Shown here piece after piece: positions 16,032 to 23,602 of a stretch of DNA of 32,000 nucleotides (position 1 is its first letter; every line of letters starts with the position of its first letter). This DNA comes from Candidatus Sericytochromatia bacterium (GTDB taxonomy: Bacteria; Cyanobacteriota; Sericytochromatia; S15B-MN24; UBA4093). The stretch is from the NCBI GenBank assembly GCA_036676455.1, contig JAKFCW010000040.1, positions 6,066-38,065 of the forward strand, read 5' to 3'. Below the pieces are notes generated by a model. That model made no database searches. It was not told the origin of the DNA and saw nothing but the letters and a program-made list of their open reading frames with translations. A program made the translations under genes and the position numbers.

Positions 16032-16478
16032 CTAGCTCCGCCGGCCGTGCCGGAGCGTGGCGATCTCGTCGAGTTGCTTCGACTCGGCCATGTCCGCGGC
16101 CCTTTGATGCTCCTTCTTGGCGGCATCTTTCAACTGGTCGAGCACCTGCTTAGCTCGCGCGGCCTCGATCAGGACGGCGCGCCGCTGCTCGACGTGCCCT
16201 TCGGCCTTGACGATGATCCCGGTCTGCTCGCGGATGGAGACCGTGAGGCCCATGGAGTAGGTCTGGAACCACTGGATGGCCTGCACGTCCAGCCGGCCCT
16301 GCCGTTGCAGCTCGTGGTACTCGGCGAGCGCGTTGGCCTCGAGGATCCGCAGCTCGGTGAGCTTGGCTCTTTCCGCCTCGAGCATCCCGATGGCCTCGGC
16401 CAGCTCGCGGCCGCGGGCCTCCTCGTCGCGCGCTCGCATGTCGAGCACGGTCTGGAGCCGGAACTTGAAGGCCTTCAT
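16032..16478 (-). CDS. fliJ: FliJ flagellar export chaperone/stalk protein
   Basis: 148-aa coiled-coil protein beginning MKAFKFRLQTVLDMRARDEEARGRELAEA, a typical FliJ start, immediately after fliI. Confidence 0.88.
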   Translation of the reverse strand: MKAFKFRLQTVLDMRARDEEARGRELAEAIGMLEAERAKLTELRILEANALAEYHELQRQGRLDVQAIQWFQTYSMGLTVSIREQTGIIVKAEGHVEQRRAVLIEAARAKQVLDQLKDAAKKEHQRAADMAESKQLDEIATLRHGRRS

Positions 16479-16481
16479 GGC

Positions 16482-17795
16482 TTAGACCCCCAGGCCTTGA
16501 AGGGCGGCGATCGCCTCCTCGTAGCCTACCGGCTCGTTCACGGCCTGCTTCAGGAAGGCATTGATCTTGGGGACCAGGGCGATCGCCCGATCGATTTGCG
16601 GATTAGAGCCGGGCTGGTAGGCCCCGATGTTGATGAGGTCCCGCGCGTCGCGGTAGACCGCCAGCATCTCGCGCAGGCCGCCCGCGGCCTTGAGGTGCTC
16701 GGGAGGGACGATCTCGGTCATGACGCGCGAGACCGAACCCAGGATGTCGATGGCCGGGTAGTGGTTCTGGGCGGCCAGGTCGCGCGAGAGGATGATGTGC
16801 CCGTCGAGGATGCCTCGCACCGTGTCCGAGATGGGCTCGTTGGTGTCGTCGCCTTCCACCAGCACGGTGTACAGGGCGGTAATGGCGCCCTGCTCGGCGG
16901 TGCCGGCGCGCTCCAGCAGCTTGGGCAGCATCGCGAAGACCGAAGGAGTGTAGCCCTTGGTGGCCGGCGGCTCACCGATCGCCAGGCCCACCTCGCGCTG
17001 GGCCATGGCGAAGCGGGTCACGGAGTCCATCATGAGGATGACGTTGGCGCCCTGGTCGCGGAAGTGCTCGGCGATCGCCGTCGCCACGAACGCCCCCTTG
17101 AGGCGCTGCAGCGCGGGCTGGTCTGAGGTCGCGACCACGACCACCGAGCGCGCCAGCCCCTCCTCGCCCAGGTCCCGCTCCAGGAACTCGCGAACCTCGC
17201 GGCCTCGCTCCCCGATCAGCGCGATCACGTTGAGGTCCGCCTGCGCCTCGCGGGCGATCATGCCCAAGAGGGTGCTCTTGCCGACGCCCGAGCCCGCGAA
17301 GATGCCGAGGCGCTGGCCCTGGCCACAGGTAAGCAGGCCGTCCAGCGCGCGCACCCCCATCGGCAGGGGAGTCGTGATGCGCTGGCGGGTCAAGGGATTG
17401 GGAGGCGGCGCCTCCAGAGGAGCCCGCTGCGCATGCATGATCGGGCCCTTGCCGTCGATGGGATTGCCGAGGCCGTCCACCACCCGCCCCAGCAAGCCTG
17501 CGCCCACGTTCACGTAGAGCTGACGGCCGGTCGCCACGACCGGGCTGCCCGGCTTGATGCCCTCCATCGCGCCCAGCGGCATCAGGAGCAGGCGATCCTC
17601 GCGGAAGCCGACCACCTCGGCCGGCACGACACGCCCCCCGCCGCAGTCGATGTGGGCCAGCTCGCCGAGGCTGGCCGGCGGGCCGAAGGACTCGACCACC
17701 AGCCCGATGACCTGCGCCACCTTGCCCTCATGGCGCAGCGGCCGGCAAGCGCGCGCGCGCTCCAGGGAATGCGTGAGGTCTAGACGGGTTTCCAT
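16482..17795 (-). CDS. fliI: FliI flagellum-specific ATPase
   Basis: 437 aa with Walker A GSGVGKST, Walker B region VILMMDSVTRFA, and the F1/T3SS ATPase core. Confidence 0.97.
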   Translation of the reverse strand: METRLDLTHSLERARACRPLRHEGKVAQVIGLVVESFGPPASLGELAHIDCGGGRVVPAEVVGFREDRLLLMPLGAMEGIKPGSPVVATGRQLYVNVGAGLLGRVVDGLGNPIDGKGPIMHAQRAPLEAPPPNPLTRQRITTPLPMGVRALDGLLTCGQGQRLGIFAGSGVGKSTLLGMIAREAQADLNVIALIGERGREVREFLERDLGEEGLARSVVVVATSDQPALQRLKGAFVATAIAEHFRDQGANVILMMDSVTRFAMAQREVGLAIGEPPATKGYTPSVFAMLPKLLERAGTAEQGAITALYTVLVEGDDTNEPISDTVRGILDGHIILSRDLAAQNHYPAIDILGSVSRVMTEIVPPEHLKAAGGLREMLAVYRDARDLINIGAYQPGSNPQIDRAIALVPKINAFLKQAVNEPVGYEEAIAALQGLGV

Positions 17796-18544
17796 GAGGG
17801 CTCCGCCGCCGGAATCTTGGCCTCCAGCGCTGACCCCAGCTCCGCGAGCACCGGTGCGATCACCGGATCGTCCTCGGGGTCGGCCATGAGCACCGCCGAG
17901 GCGAGCTCCCGGAACTGCGTCACGAAGCGGCCATCCACCCGGCCGGTCGGAGTCTCGAAGACGACGCCCCCGAGCCCGATGGCCGGGTCGGCCTTGATCT
18001 CGAGCTCCGGCATGTTGAGGGTGGCAGCCAGGCCCGAGGCATCGGACGGGTGCACCCGGATCCGGACGAGCACCGCGTCCTCGAGATGCGTCAGCGCTCC
18101 GCGGATCAGCGAGAGCAGGGCGTCGCGGTTGCGCGCCTCCTTGTGGAGGATGCGCTCGGCGGTAAGGAGAGCGAGTCGAAGAACATCGGTTTCGGACTGC
18201 TGAAGCCAGATCTTGCGCTGCTCAACCAGCGCCTGGGCCTCGGCCACGACAGCCTGAATCCGGGCCTGCCACTGGTTGCGGCCCTCGGCGTCGCCCTGCG
18301 CGAAGCCAGAATGATAGCCTTCCTGGCGGGCGGCCTCGCGGACGCGCTCGGCTTCCTGGGCGGCCTCGGCGAGCATGCGCTCCGCCTCGGCCTGTGCGGC
18401 GGCCAAGAGCGCGTCGAGATCGATCGCGGGCTCGACGGGAGTCTCGGGCTCGTCGAGGGAGGCCGCGACCACCTCGGCAGCCGCCGGAGCGGAGACGACC
18501 CACTTCCCGTCCCTGAGTTGCGCGCCCTTGAGGATGCGACCCAT
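17780..18544 (-). CDS. fliH: FliH flagellar export protein (FliI regulator)
   Basis: 254 aa with a charged coiled-coil region (EAERMLAEAAQEAERVREAARQEGYHSGFAQG) and a FliH-type C-domain. Lies between fliG and fliI and overlaps fliI by 16 nt. Confidence 0.88.
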   Translation of the reverse strand: MGRILKGAQLRDGKWVVSAPAAAEVVAASLDEPETPVEPAIDLDALLAAAQAEAERMLAEAAQEAERVREAARQEGYHSGFAQGDAEGRNQWQARIQAVVAEAQALVEQRKIWLQQSETDVLRLALLTAERILHKEARNRDALLSLIRGALTHLEDAVLVRIRVHPSDASGLAATLNMPELEIKADPAIGLGGVVFETPTGRVDGRFVTQFRELASAVLMADPEDDPVIAPVLAELGSALEAKIPAAEPSWKPV

Positions 18545-18547
18545 GGC

Positions 18548-19564
18548 TTAACCCACCAGTTCGTCGCCGGTGCCGCGGGAAACGATGATCTCGCCCTTCT
18601 CCTCGAGGGAGCGGATGATGGCCACGACTTTCTGCTGGACTTCCTCGACGTCGCGGACGCGCACCGGCCCCATGAACTCCATCTCGTCCTTGACGATCTT
18701 GCCCATGCGCTCGGACATGTTCTTGAAGATCCGGGTCCGGACGTCGTCGTTGGAGCCCTTGAGGGCGACCGCCAGCTCCTTGGTGTCCACATCGCGAAGG
18801 ATGCGCTGAATCGACCGGTCGTCGAGCACCACGATGTCCTCGAAGACGAACATGAGCTTCTTGATTTCCTCGGCGAGGTCCGGGTTCTGCTCTTCGAGGG
18901 ATTCCAGGATGGTCTTCTCGGTGCCGCGATCGACCCGGTTGAGCACGTCGACCAGGGCCTTGAGACCGCCGGCGTTGGTGAAGTCCTGGTTCATGACCGC
19001 CGAGAACTTGCGCTCGAGCACCTTCTCGACCTCGCGCAGGACCGCCGGGGTGGTCCGGTCCATCTGCGCGATGCGGGTGGCCACCTCGGTCTGCAAGTCG
19101 GCAGGAAGGCCCGAGATGACCATGGCCGCCTGCTCCGCCTTCATGTAGGCCAGGATCAAGGCGATGGTCTGCGGGTGCTCGTTCTGGATGAAGTTGAGGA
19201 TCTGCGAGGCGTCCGCCTGGCGGATGAACTCGAAGGGCAGGGTGGTCAGCGAGTCGCTGAGCCTTTGCAGGATTTCCTCGGCCTTGTCGGGTCCGAGGGC
19301 CTTGCTGAGCAGCTCGCGGGCGAAGTTCACGCCGCCGGTGGAGATGTACTGGTTGGCCTGCAGCGTGTGATAGAACTCCTCGAGCAGCTCCTCGGAGGAC
19401 TCGTTGGAGAGCTTGCCGAGGTTGGCGATCTCGAGCGTGAGGGTCTCGACCTCCTCGGTGTCCCCCAGGGCCTTGAGGATCATGCTGGCGGTGTCGGGGC
19501 CCAGGGCCACCAGCAGGGCCGCCGCCTTCTGCTTGCCGGAAAGATGCTTCATCTTGGTAGACAT
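18548..19564 (-). CDS. fliG: FliG flagellar motor switch protein
   Basis: 338 aa. SGKQKAAALLVALG start, MFVFEDIVVLDDRSIQRILRDVDTKELAVALKG, and the torque-helix region (SERMGKIVKDEMEFMGPVRVRDVEEVQQKVV). Confidence 0.97.
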   Translation of the reverse strand: MSTKMKHLSGKQKAAALLVALGPDTASMILKALGDTEEVETLTLEIANLGKLSNESSEELLEEFYHTLQANQYISTGGVNFARELLSKALGPDKAEEILQRLSDSLTTLPFEFIRQADASQILNFIQNEHPQTIALILAYMKAEQAAMVISGLPADLQTEVATRIAQMDRTTPAVLREVEKVLERKFSAVMNQDFTNAGGLKALVDVLNRVDRGTEKTILESLEEQNPDLAEEIKKLMFVFEDIVVLDDRSIQRILRDVDTKELAVALKGSNDDVRTRIFKNMSERMGKIVKDEMEFMGPVRVRDVEEVQQKVVAIIRSLEEKGEIIVSRGTGDELVG

Positions 19565-19566
19565 GG

Positions 19567-21153
19567 CTACTCGTCCTCCAGCATCCAGGAGCGCACCAGA
19601 CGAGCCACCTCATCGGGCTGGCTCTTGATGACCTTGGAGATCTCGCGCTGGAGGTGGGTCTTGCGATCCTCTTCGCCGATCTGGCCGATCTCGGCCAGGT
19701 CCTGCCTGACGGTCGATTCGAGGGTCAGAGGTCCGAGGTCGGGAAGCTCCTCGTCCTTGGGCTTGCCACGCAGGCCGCGCCGCAGGAGGATCAGGGCCAC
19801 GATGCCCAGGATGACAGCCGCGGCGATCTTCAGGTAGAACTGGGTCTGCTCCTGAGCCTCCGCCTTGGCGAAGGCCTGCTCCTGGGCCTTGGCCACGGTG
19901 TCGTTGAACTTCAGGGCCGAGACCACGACGGTGTCGCCGCGGGCTTCGTTGACGCCCGCCGCCGCGGAGATCATCTGCCGCAAGTCGGCGATCTGATCCT
20001 CTTCGAGTTCGCCGTTGACGGCGACCGCCACCGAGAGGCGCTTCAGCTCGGCGGGAGGCTTGATCTTGCGCTGGACCGACTTGTTGACCTCGAAGTTGCG
20101 GGTATGGTCGACCTTCTCGTAGCCGCCAGGCCCGACGGAGATAGACTCGGAGGCTTCGTAGGTTGGGATGTTGGTGGCCGTGCCCGGGACTCCGCCGCTC
20201 GATGCCGCGGATCCGTCCCAGCGCTCGTGATACTCGCGCTCGGAGCGAAGGATGCCCGAAGAAGTGCCGTCAGGGCGGGTGATGACCGGCTCGTAGGTTT
20301 CCTGGTTGGTCTCCTGCTGGCTGAAATCCATCTCCGCCACCACGTTGACCACGGCGCCGTTGGGGCCGAGGACGCGATCGAGCATGCCCTGGAGGTTCTT
20401 GCGGATGCCCAGCTCGGCCTGGCGCTTGTACTCGAGCTGCTTGATGCTCTGCTCGGGCGAGAGTGGGTTGTCCTGGCCGAGGGCCAGCTCGTCGGAGTAG
20501 TTGCGGCCGTTGACGTCCGTGATCACGACGTTGGCCGGGGTCAGGCCCTTCACGGACTTGCTGACCAGGTGAACGATGGTCTTGGCCTGCTCGGGCGCGA
20601 ACTTCGAGGTGGGGTAGAGCTTGAGGACGACCGCGGCGGTCGGGCTCTCGGCGGTGTCGGTGAAGAGGTCGGGCTCGGGGATGACCAGGTGCACCCGGGC
20701 CTGCTCGACGCCTTCCATGCTGGAGATGGTGCGCGACAGCTCGCCCTGCAAGGCGCGCTGGTAGTTGAGCTTCTGGACGGCCTCGGTCATGCCGAAGGTG
20801 TTCTTATCGAAGATCTCGAAGCCCACCTCGCCGCCCAGCGGAAGGCCCTGGGCCGCCATCGAGAGGCGCAGCTCGTGGACCTGGCTGCGGGGCACCAGGA
20901 TGGACTTGCCGTCCGCCGAGATCTCGTAAGGGACCTGGGCGTCCTTGAGCTTCTGGACGATCTGGCCGGCATCGGCCTCGGTGACGTTGGTGTAAAGCGG
21001 GGCCCACTCGGGGGAGCGCGCCCAGACGAGCAGGAGCACGATGGCGGCGATGGACACCGCGGCCACCGCCCCGAAAAGGATCTGCTGGGTTCGGCTCAAG
21101 CCGGACCAGATCCGGCCGATATCAGATTGTAGCTGGCTGAAGAACTCGTTCAT
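19567..21153 (-). CDS. fliF: FliF MS-ring protein
   Basis: 528 aa with N- and C-terminal TM helices flanking a large periplasmic region (YTNVTEADAGQIVQKLKDAQVPYEISADGKSILVP...) and a FliG-binding C-tail. Confidence 0.96.
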   Translation of the reverse strand: MNEFFSQLQSDIGRIWSGLSRTQQILFGAVAAVSIAAIVLLLVWARSPEWAPLYTNVTEADAGQIVQKLKDAQVPYEISADGKSILVPRSQVHELRLSMAAQGLPLGGEVGFEIFDKNTFGMTEAVQKLNYQRALQGELSRTISSMEGVEQARVHLVIPEPDLFTDTAESPTAAVVLKLYPTSKFAPEQAKTIVHLVSKSVKGLTPANVVITDVNGRNYSDELALGQDNPLSPEQSIKQLEYKRQAELGIRKNLQGMLDRVLGPNGAVVNVVAEMDFSQQETNQETYEPVITRPDGTSSGILRSEREYHERWDGSAASSGGVPGTATNIPTYEASESISVGPGGYEKVDHTRNFEVNKSVQRKIKPPAELKRLSVAVAVNGELEEDQIADLRQMISAAAGVNEARGDTVVVSALKFNDTVAKAQEQAFAKAEAQEQTQFYLKIAAAVILGIVALILLRRGLRGKPKDEELPDLGPLTLESTVRQDLAEIGQIGEEDRKTHLQREISKVIKSQPDEVARLVRSWMLEDE

Positions 21154-21245
21154 CGAACCCTTATCACAGTACCTTCATACCCATAGCCACCCTCATGGTC
21201 GACTCACCGCACGCCATCCTTGGCTTGCCGGGACGCTTTGCGCCA

Positions 21246-21295
21246 GAAGGCGATGCCCCTGGCGCCCGTGGGCGTGCGTTAGGGGCATCGCCTTC
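21246..21295 (-). promoter_or_regulatory. Very stable 15-bp-stem hairpin in the fliE-fliF gap (fliF leader element or terminator)
   Basis: gaaggcgatgcccct-N20-aggggcatcgccttc, a perfect 15-bp inverted repeat ~95-140 nt upstream of the fliF ATG. Confidence 0.4.
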
Positions 21296-21391
21296 CGCCA
21301 AACCCTCACGATGTCTTCATACAGGGAAGCATAGCATGGTTTGGCATCCAGCCAAAGCCTAGCTTAGCACAAGGAACAGAACCTCCGCTTC

Positions 21392-21427
21392 CCTTGGCAA
21401 GGGAATTATCGCCTCCTCTTGCCAAGG
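21392..21427 (-). terminator. Hairpin 30 nt downstream of fliE stop (possible flgBC-fliE terminator)
   Basis: ccttggcaag-N16-cttgccaagg, a 10-bp perfect stem. On the minus strand it is followed by the moderately T-rich ...ggttctgttccttgtgc. Confidence 0.35.
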
Positions 21428-21457
21428 AAATGAGCGTGCAGCGCCCGGACACACCGG

Positions 21458-21952
21458 TTAGACCTGCATCCGCATCACTTCCTGATAGGATTCCACCAAT
21501 TTGTTTCGAACCTGCATGGTGAGGTTGACAGCCACCGAGGCCTTCTCGGCGGCGATCATGACGTCGTGCAATTCGACGTCCTTGCCCATGGCCAGATCGC
21601 GCTGCTTGGAGTCGGAGGTCTGGGCGAGCTGGTTGACCGAGCCCAAGTAATTGCCAATGGAGTCGAAGATGGGCTCGACACCGAGGCCCGAGCGCTCGGC
21701 GCGGGGTCCCATGGTGGCGCCGGCTCGCGCCGTGGCGTCCGGGCCAAGCACGGGAGCGTTGAGGCTGGGGGCGGGCGGAATCAGCCGGGAAGGCTGGCCG
21801 CTCGGAGCCAGGGGCACGGTAGCTGCAGGAGCGCCCTCGGAGTGAGAATCGAATATCGCGCCGAAGTCCGGGCGCGGCATCCCGGGAAGGGGGATGCCGG
21901 GGACACCGGGAAGCGGGGCGCCCATGGGGCCAATCGGGGGAAGGAAGGGCAT
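21458..21952 (-). CDS. fliE: FliE basal-body protein with an unusually long Pro/Gly-rich N-terminal extension
   Basis: The C-terminal ~70 aa (FDSIGNYLGSVNQLAQTSDSKQRDLAMGKDVELHDVMIAAEKASVAVNLTMQVRNKLVESYQEVMRMQV) are canonical FliE. The ORF runs uninterrupted to an ATG 1 nt after the flgC stop (TAAcATG; GGAG 7 nt upstream), giving 164 aa. Confidence 0.85.
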   Translation of the reverse strand: MPFLPPIGPMGAPLPGVPGIPLPGMPRPDFGAIFDSHSEGAPAATVPLAPSGQPSRLIPPAPSLNAPVLGPDATARAGATMGPRAERSGLGVEPIFDSIGNYLGSVNQLAQTSDSKQRDLAMGKDVELHDVMIAAEKASVAVNLTMQVRNKLVESYQEVMRMQV

Positions 21953-21953
21953 G

Positions 21954-22361
21954 TTAGATCTCCAAGGCCTTGTTGGCGGCCGCCTTCAGCGACTGGATGA
22001 CGGTGACGTTCGCCTCGTAGGAGCGGGTGGCCGAGATCATGTCGGTCATCTCGGTGACGGGGTTGACGTTAGGGTACGAGACGTAGCCCTCCCCGTTGGC
22101 ATCCGGGTGCTCGGGATCGTACACCAGGCGGAAGGGGGACTCGTCCTCGATGACGCCGGAGACGCGGACCCCGTGGGTGGGCAGACCGGCACGACGCTCG
22201 GAGGGGCGGGACTCGAAGACCACCATCTCGCGGCGGTAGGCCTCGCCCTTGTCGGTGCGGGTGGTGTTGGCATTGGCCAGGTTGGAGGAGATCACGTCCA
22301 TGCGCAGGCGCTGGGCGGTGAGCGCCGAGGCGGCGGTGTTGAGCGCGTCGAAAATTCCCAT
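21954..22361 (-). CDS. flgC: FlgC proximal rod protein
   Basis: 135 aa with MGIFDALNTAASALTAQRLRMDVISSNLANANTTRT and C-terminal YPNVNPVTEMTDMISATRSYEANV signatures. Confidence 0.96.
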   Translation of the reverse strand: MGIFDALNTAASALTAQRLRMDVISSNLANANTTRTDKGEAYRREMVVFESRPSERRAGLPTHGVRVSGVIEDESPFRLVYDPEHPDANGEGYVSYPNVNPVTEMTDMISATRSYEANVTVIQSLKAAANKALEI

Positions 22362-22386
22362 CGTCTACTCCCTGCGGAAAGGCGGC

Positions 22387-22797
22387 CTAGGAGCCGCGGA
22401 TCACGTCCTTGAGCCCCGTCATCTTGCGCTTCATCAGATCGGCCACGGCGCTGTAGGTCAGGCTGGTCTGGGCGAGGCGCGTCATCTCGACGTCGATGTC
22501 GACGTTGTTGCCGTCGTTGCGAAGGGTGGAATCGGTGGCGCGTCGCAGCTCGGGCTGGAACTGGCTGATCCCCTGAGGCCCGAGGCTGAGGTGCCCCGGA
22601 TGGGTCAGAGCCAGAGGGGCGGCCGGAGAGCCTTCCACGGCCGCCTGGAGCTGGGCCTCGTAAGAGACCTCGAAGCGCTTGAAATGGGGAGTGTCGGCAT
22701 TGGCGACGTTCTCGGCGAGGGCGCGCTGGCGCTGTCCGAGCCCGGTCAGGCCGGCCTGGAGCACCGAGGTGGTCCCTCCGAAGAGCTTGTCCAGCAC
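22387..22797 (-). CDS. flgB: FlgB proximal rod protein
   Basis: 136 aa. GTG start with AGGAGG 8 nt upstream. RQRALAENVANADTPHFKR and DVEMTRLAQTSLTYSA signatures. First gene of the flagellar block. Confidence 0.95.
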   Translation of the reverse strand: MLDKLFGGTTSVLQAGLTGLGQRQRALAENVANADTPHFKRFEVSYEAQLQAAVEGSPAAPLALTHPGHLSLGPQGISQFQPELRRATDSTLRNDGNNVDIDVEMTRLAQTSLTYSAVADLMKRKMTGLKDVIRGS

Positions 22798-22859
22798 GCG
22801 TCAATCCTCCTGAAATCCCCGTCCGGCGCGGCTTGGCGACACGCGGACGCTTGCGATTC

Positions 22860-22897
22860 ACTATACCCTTCGCGGGGTGCCTCTAATCGTTATCGGC
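22860..22897 (-). promoter_or_regulatory. Candidate flgB operon promoter region (TATAGT -10; GCCGATAA box)
   Basis: The minus strand has TATAGT (22860-22865) ~60 nt upstream of the flgB GTG, with only a weak -35 (ATTAGA). A perfect GCCGATAA (22890-22897) lies just upstream but lacks a TAAA -35 and overlaps the last cmk codons. Confidence 0.35.
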
Positions 22898-23602
22898 GCC
22901 CGGGGCCGGATCTGAAGCCCCCACAGGCGAGCTTGCCTCGCGCTGGCGCGCGATTTCCAGGATCCGATCGACCACTTGCTCCGCCGAGAGCTGGTCCGTG
23001 TCGACGCGCACGGCGTCCTCGGCCGCCTTCAGGGGGCTCACGGCCCGGTTGGAGTCGTAGGCGTCACGGCGGGCGATCTCGGCGGCGAGCTCGTCGAGGT
23101 CGACGGCGTGGCCCTTGGCCTCGAGGTCCTTGGCGCGGCGGCGCGCCCGCTCCATGGGCGAGGCGACCAGGAAGATCTTGACCGGGGCCTGCGGGAAGAC
23201 CACGGTGCCGATGTCGCGCCCCTCGGCGACCACTCCGCCGCCCTTGCCGAGCTCGCGCTGGCGGTCGACCAGGACCTCGCGGACGCCGGCGTGCGCGGCG
23301 ACCTGCGAGACGTGGCGGGTGACCTCGGGCATGCGGATGGCGTCGGTGACGTCCTGGCCGTCGATGCGGACGCGGTCTCCGTCCTCGCCGGGGATCAGGG
23401 CGATCTGGGACTCGCGTGCGAGGCGGGTCATCGCGTCGGCGTCATCGAGGGCCAGGCCCTCCGACAGGGCCTTCCAGGTGATGGCGCGGTACATGGCCCC
23501 GGTGTCGAGGAAGAGCAGGTCGAGGCGGCGGGCGACCGCGCGGGCGACGGTGCTCTTGCCGGCTCCGGCGGGACCATCGATGGCGACGATGAGGCGACTC
23601 AC
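22883..23602 (-). CDS. cmk: Cytidylate kinase
   Basis: GTG at 23602 (GGAAGGAG upstream) overlaps the panC stop (GTGA). The 239-aa product begins VSRLIVAIDGPAGAGKSTVARAVARRLDLLFLDTGAMYRA. The upstream part of the 417-aa ORF is Arg/Pro noise overlapping panC. Confidence 0.9.
   Translation of the reverse strand: MSRLIVAIDGPAGAGKSTVARAVARRLDLLFLDTGAMYRAITWKALSEGLALDDADAMTRLARESQIALIPGEDGDRVRIDGQDVTDAIRMPEVTRHVSQVAAHAGVREVLVDRQRELGKGGGVVAEGRDIGTVVFPQAPVKIFLVASPMERARRRAKDLEAKGHAVDLDELAAEIARRDAYDSNRAVSPLKAAEDAVRVDTDQLSAEQVVDRILEIARQREASSPVGASDPAPGADND

Noticed and set aside
14806-17126. Plus-strand ORFs 14806-15978 (390 aa) and 15978-17126 (382 aa)
   Set aside because: They are antisense shadows of the metalloprotease, fliJ and fliI genes and have no recognisable domains.
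21115-21122. GCCGATAT on the plus strand (SigD-like -10), antisense within the 5' end of fliF
   Set aside because: It has no TAAA -35 at the right spacing and nothing codable lies downstream on the plus strand. It is most likely chance.
18050-21132. Plus-strand ORFs of 595 aa (18050-19837) and 492 aa (19654-21132)
   Set aside because: They are antisense shadows of fliH, fliG and fliF, with a D/G/L/R/H-rich composition and no RBS or motifs.
21193-21288. 31-codon minus-strand ORF (MPLTHAHGRQGH...) inside the fliE-fliF gap
   Set aside because: Its ATG sits inside the 15-bp hairpin stem with only 2 nt between a GGAAGG and the ATG. The composition is noise-like, so I do not call it a gene.
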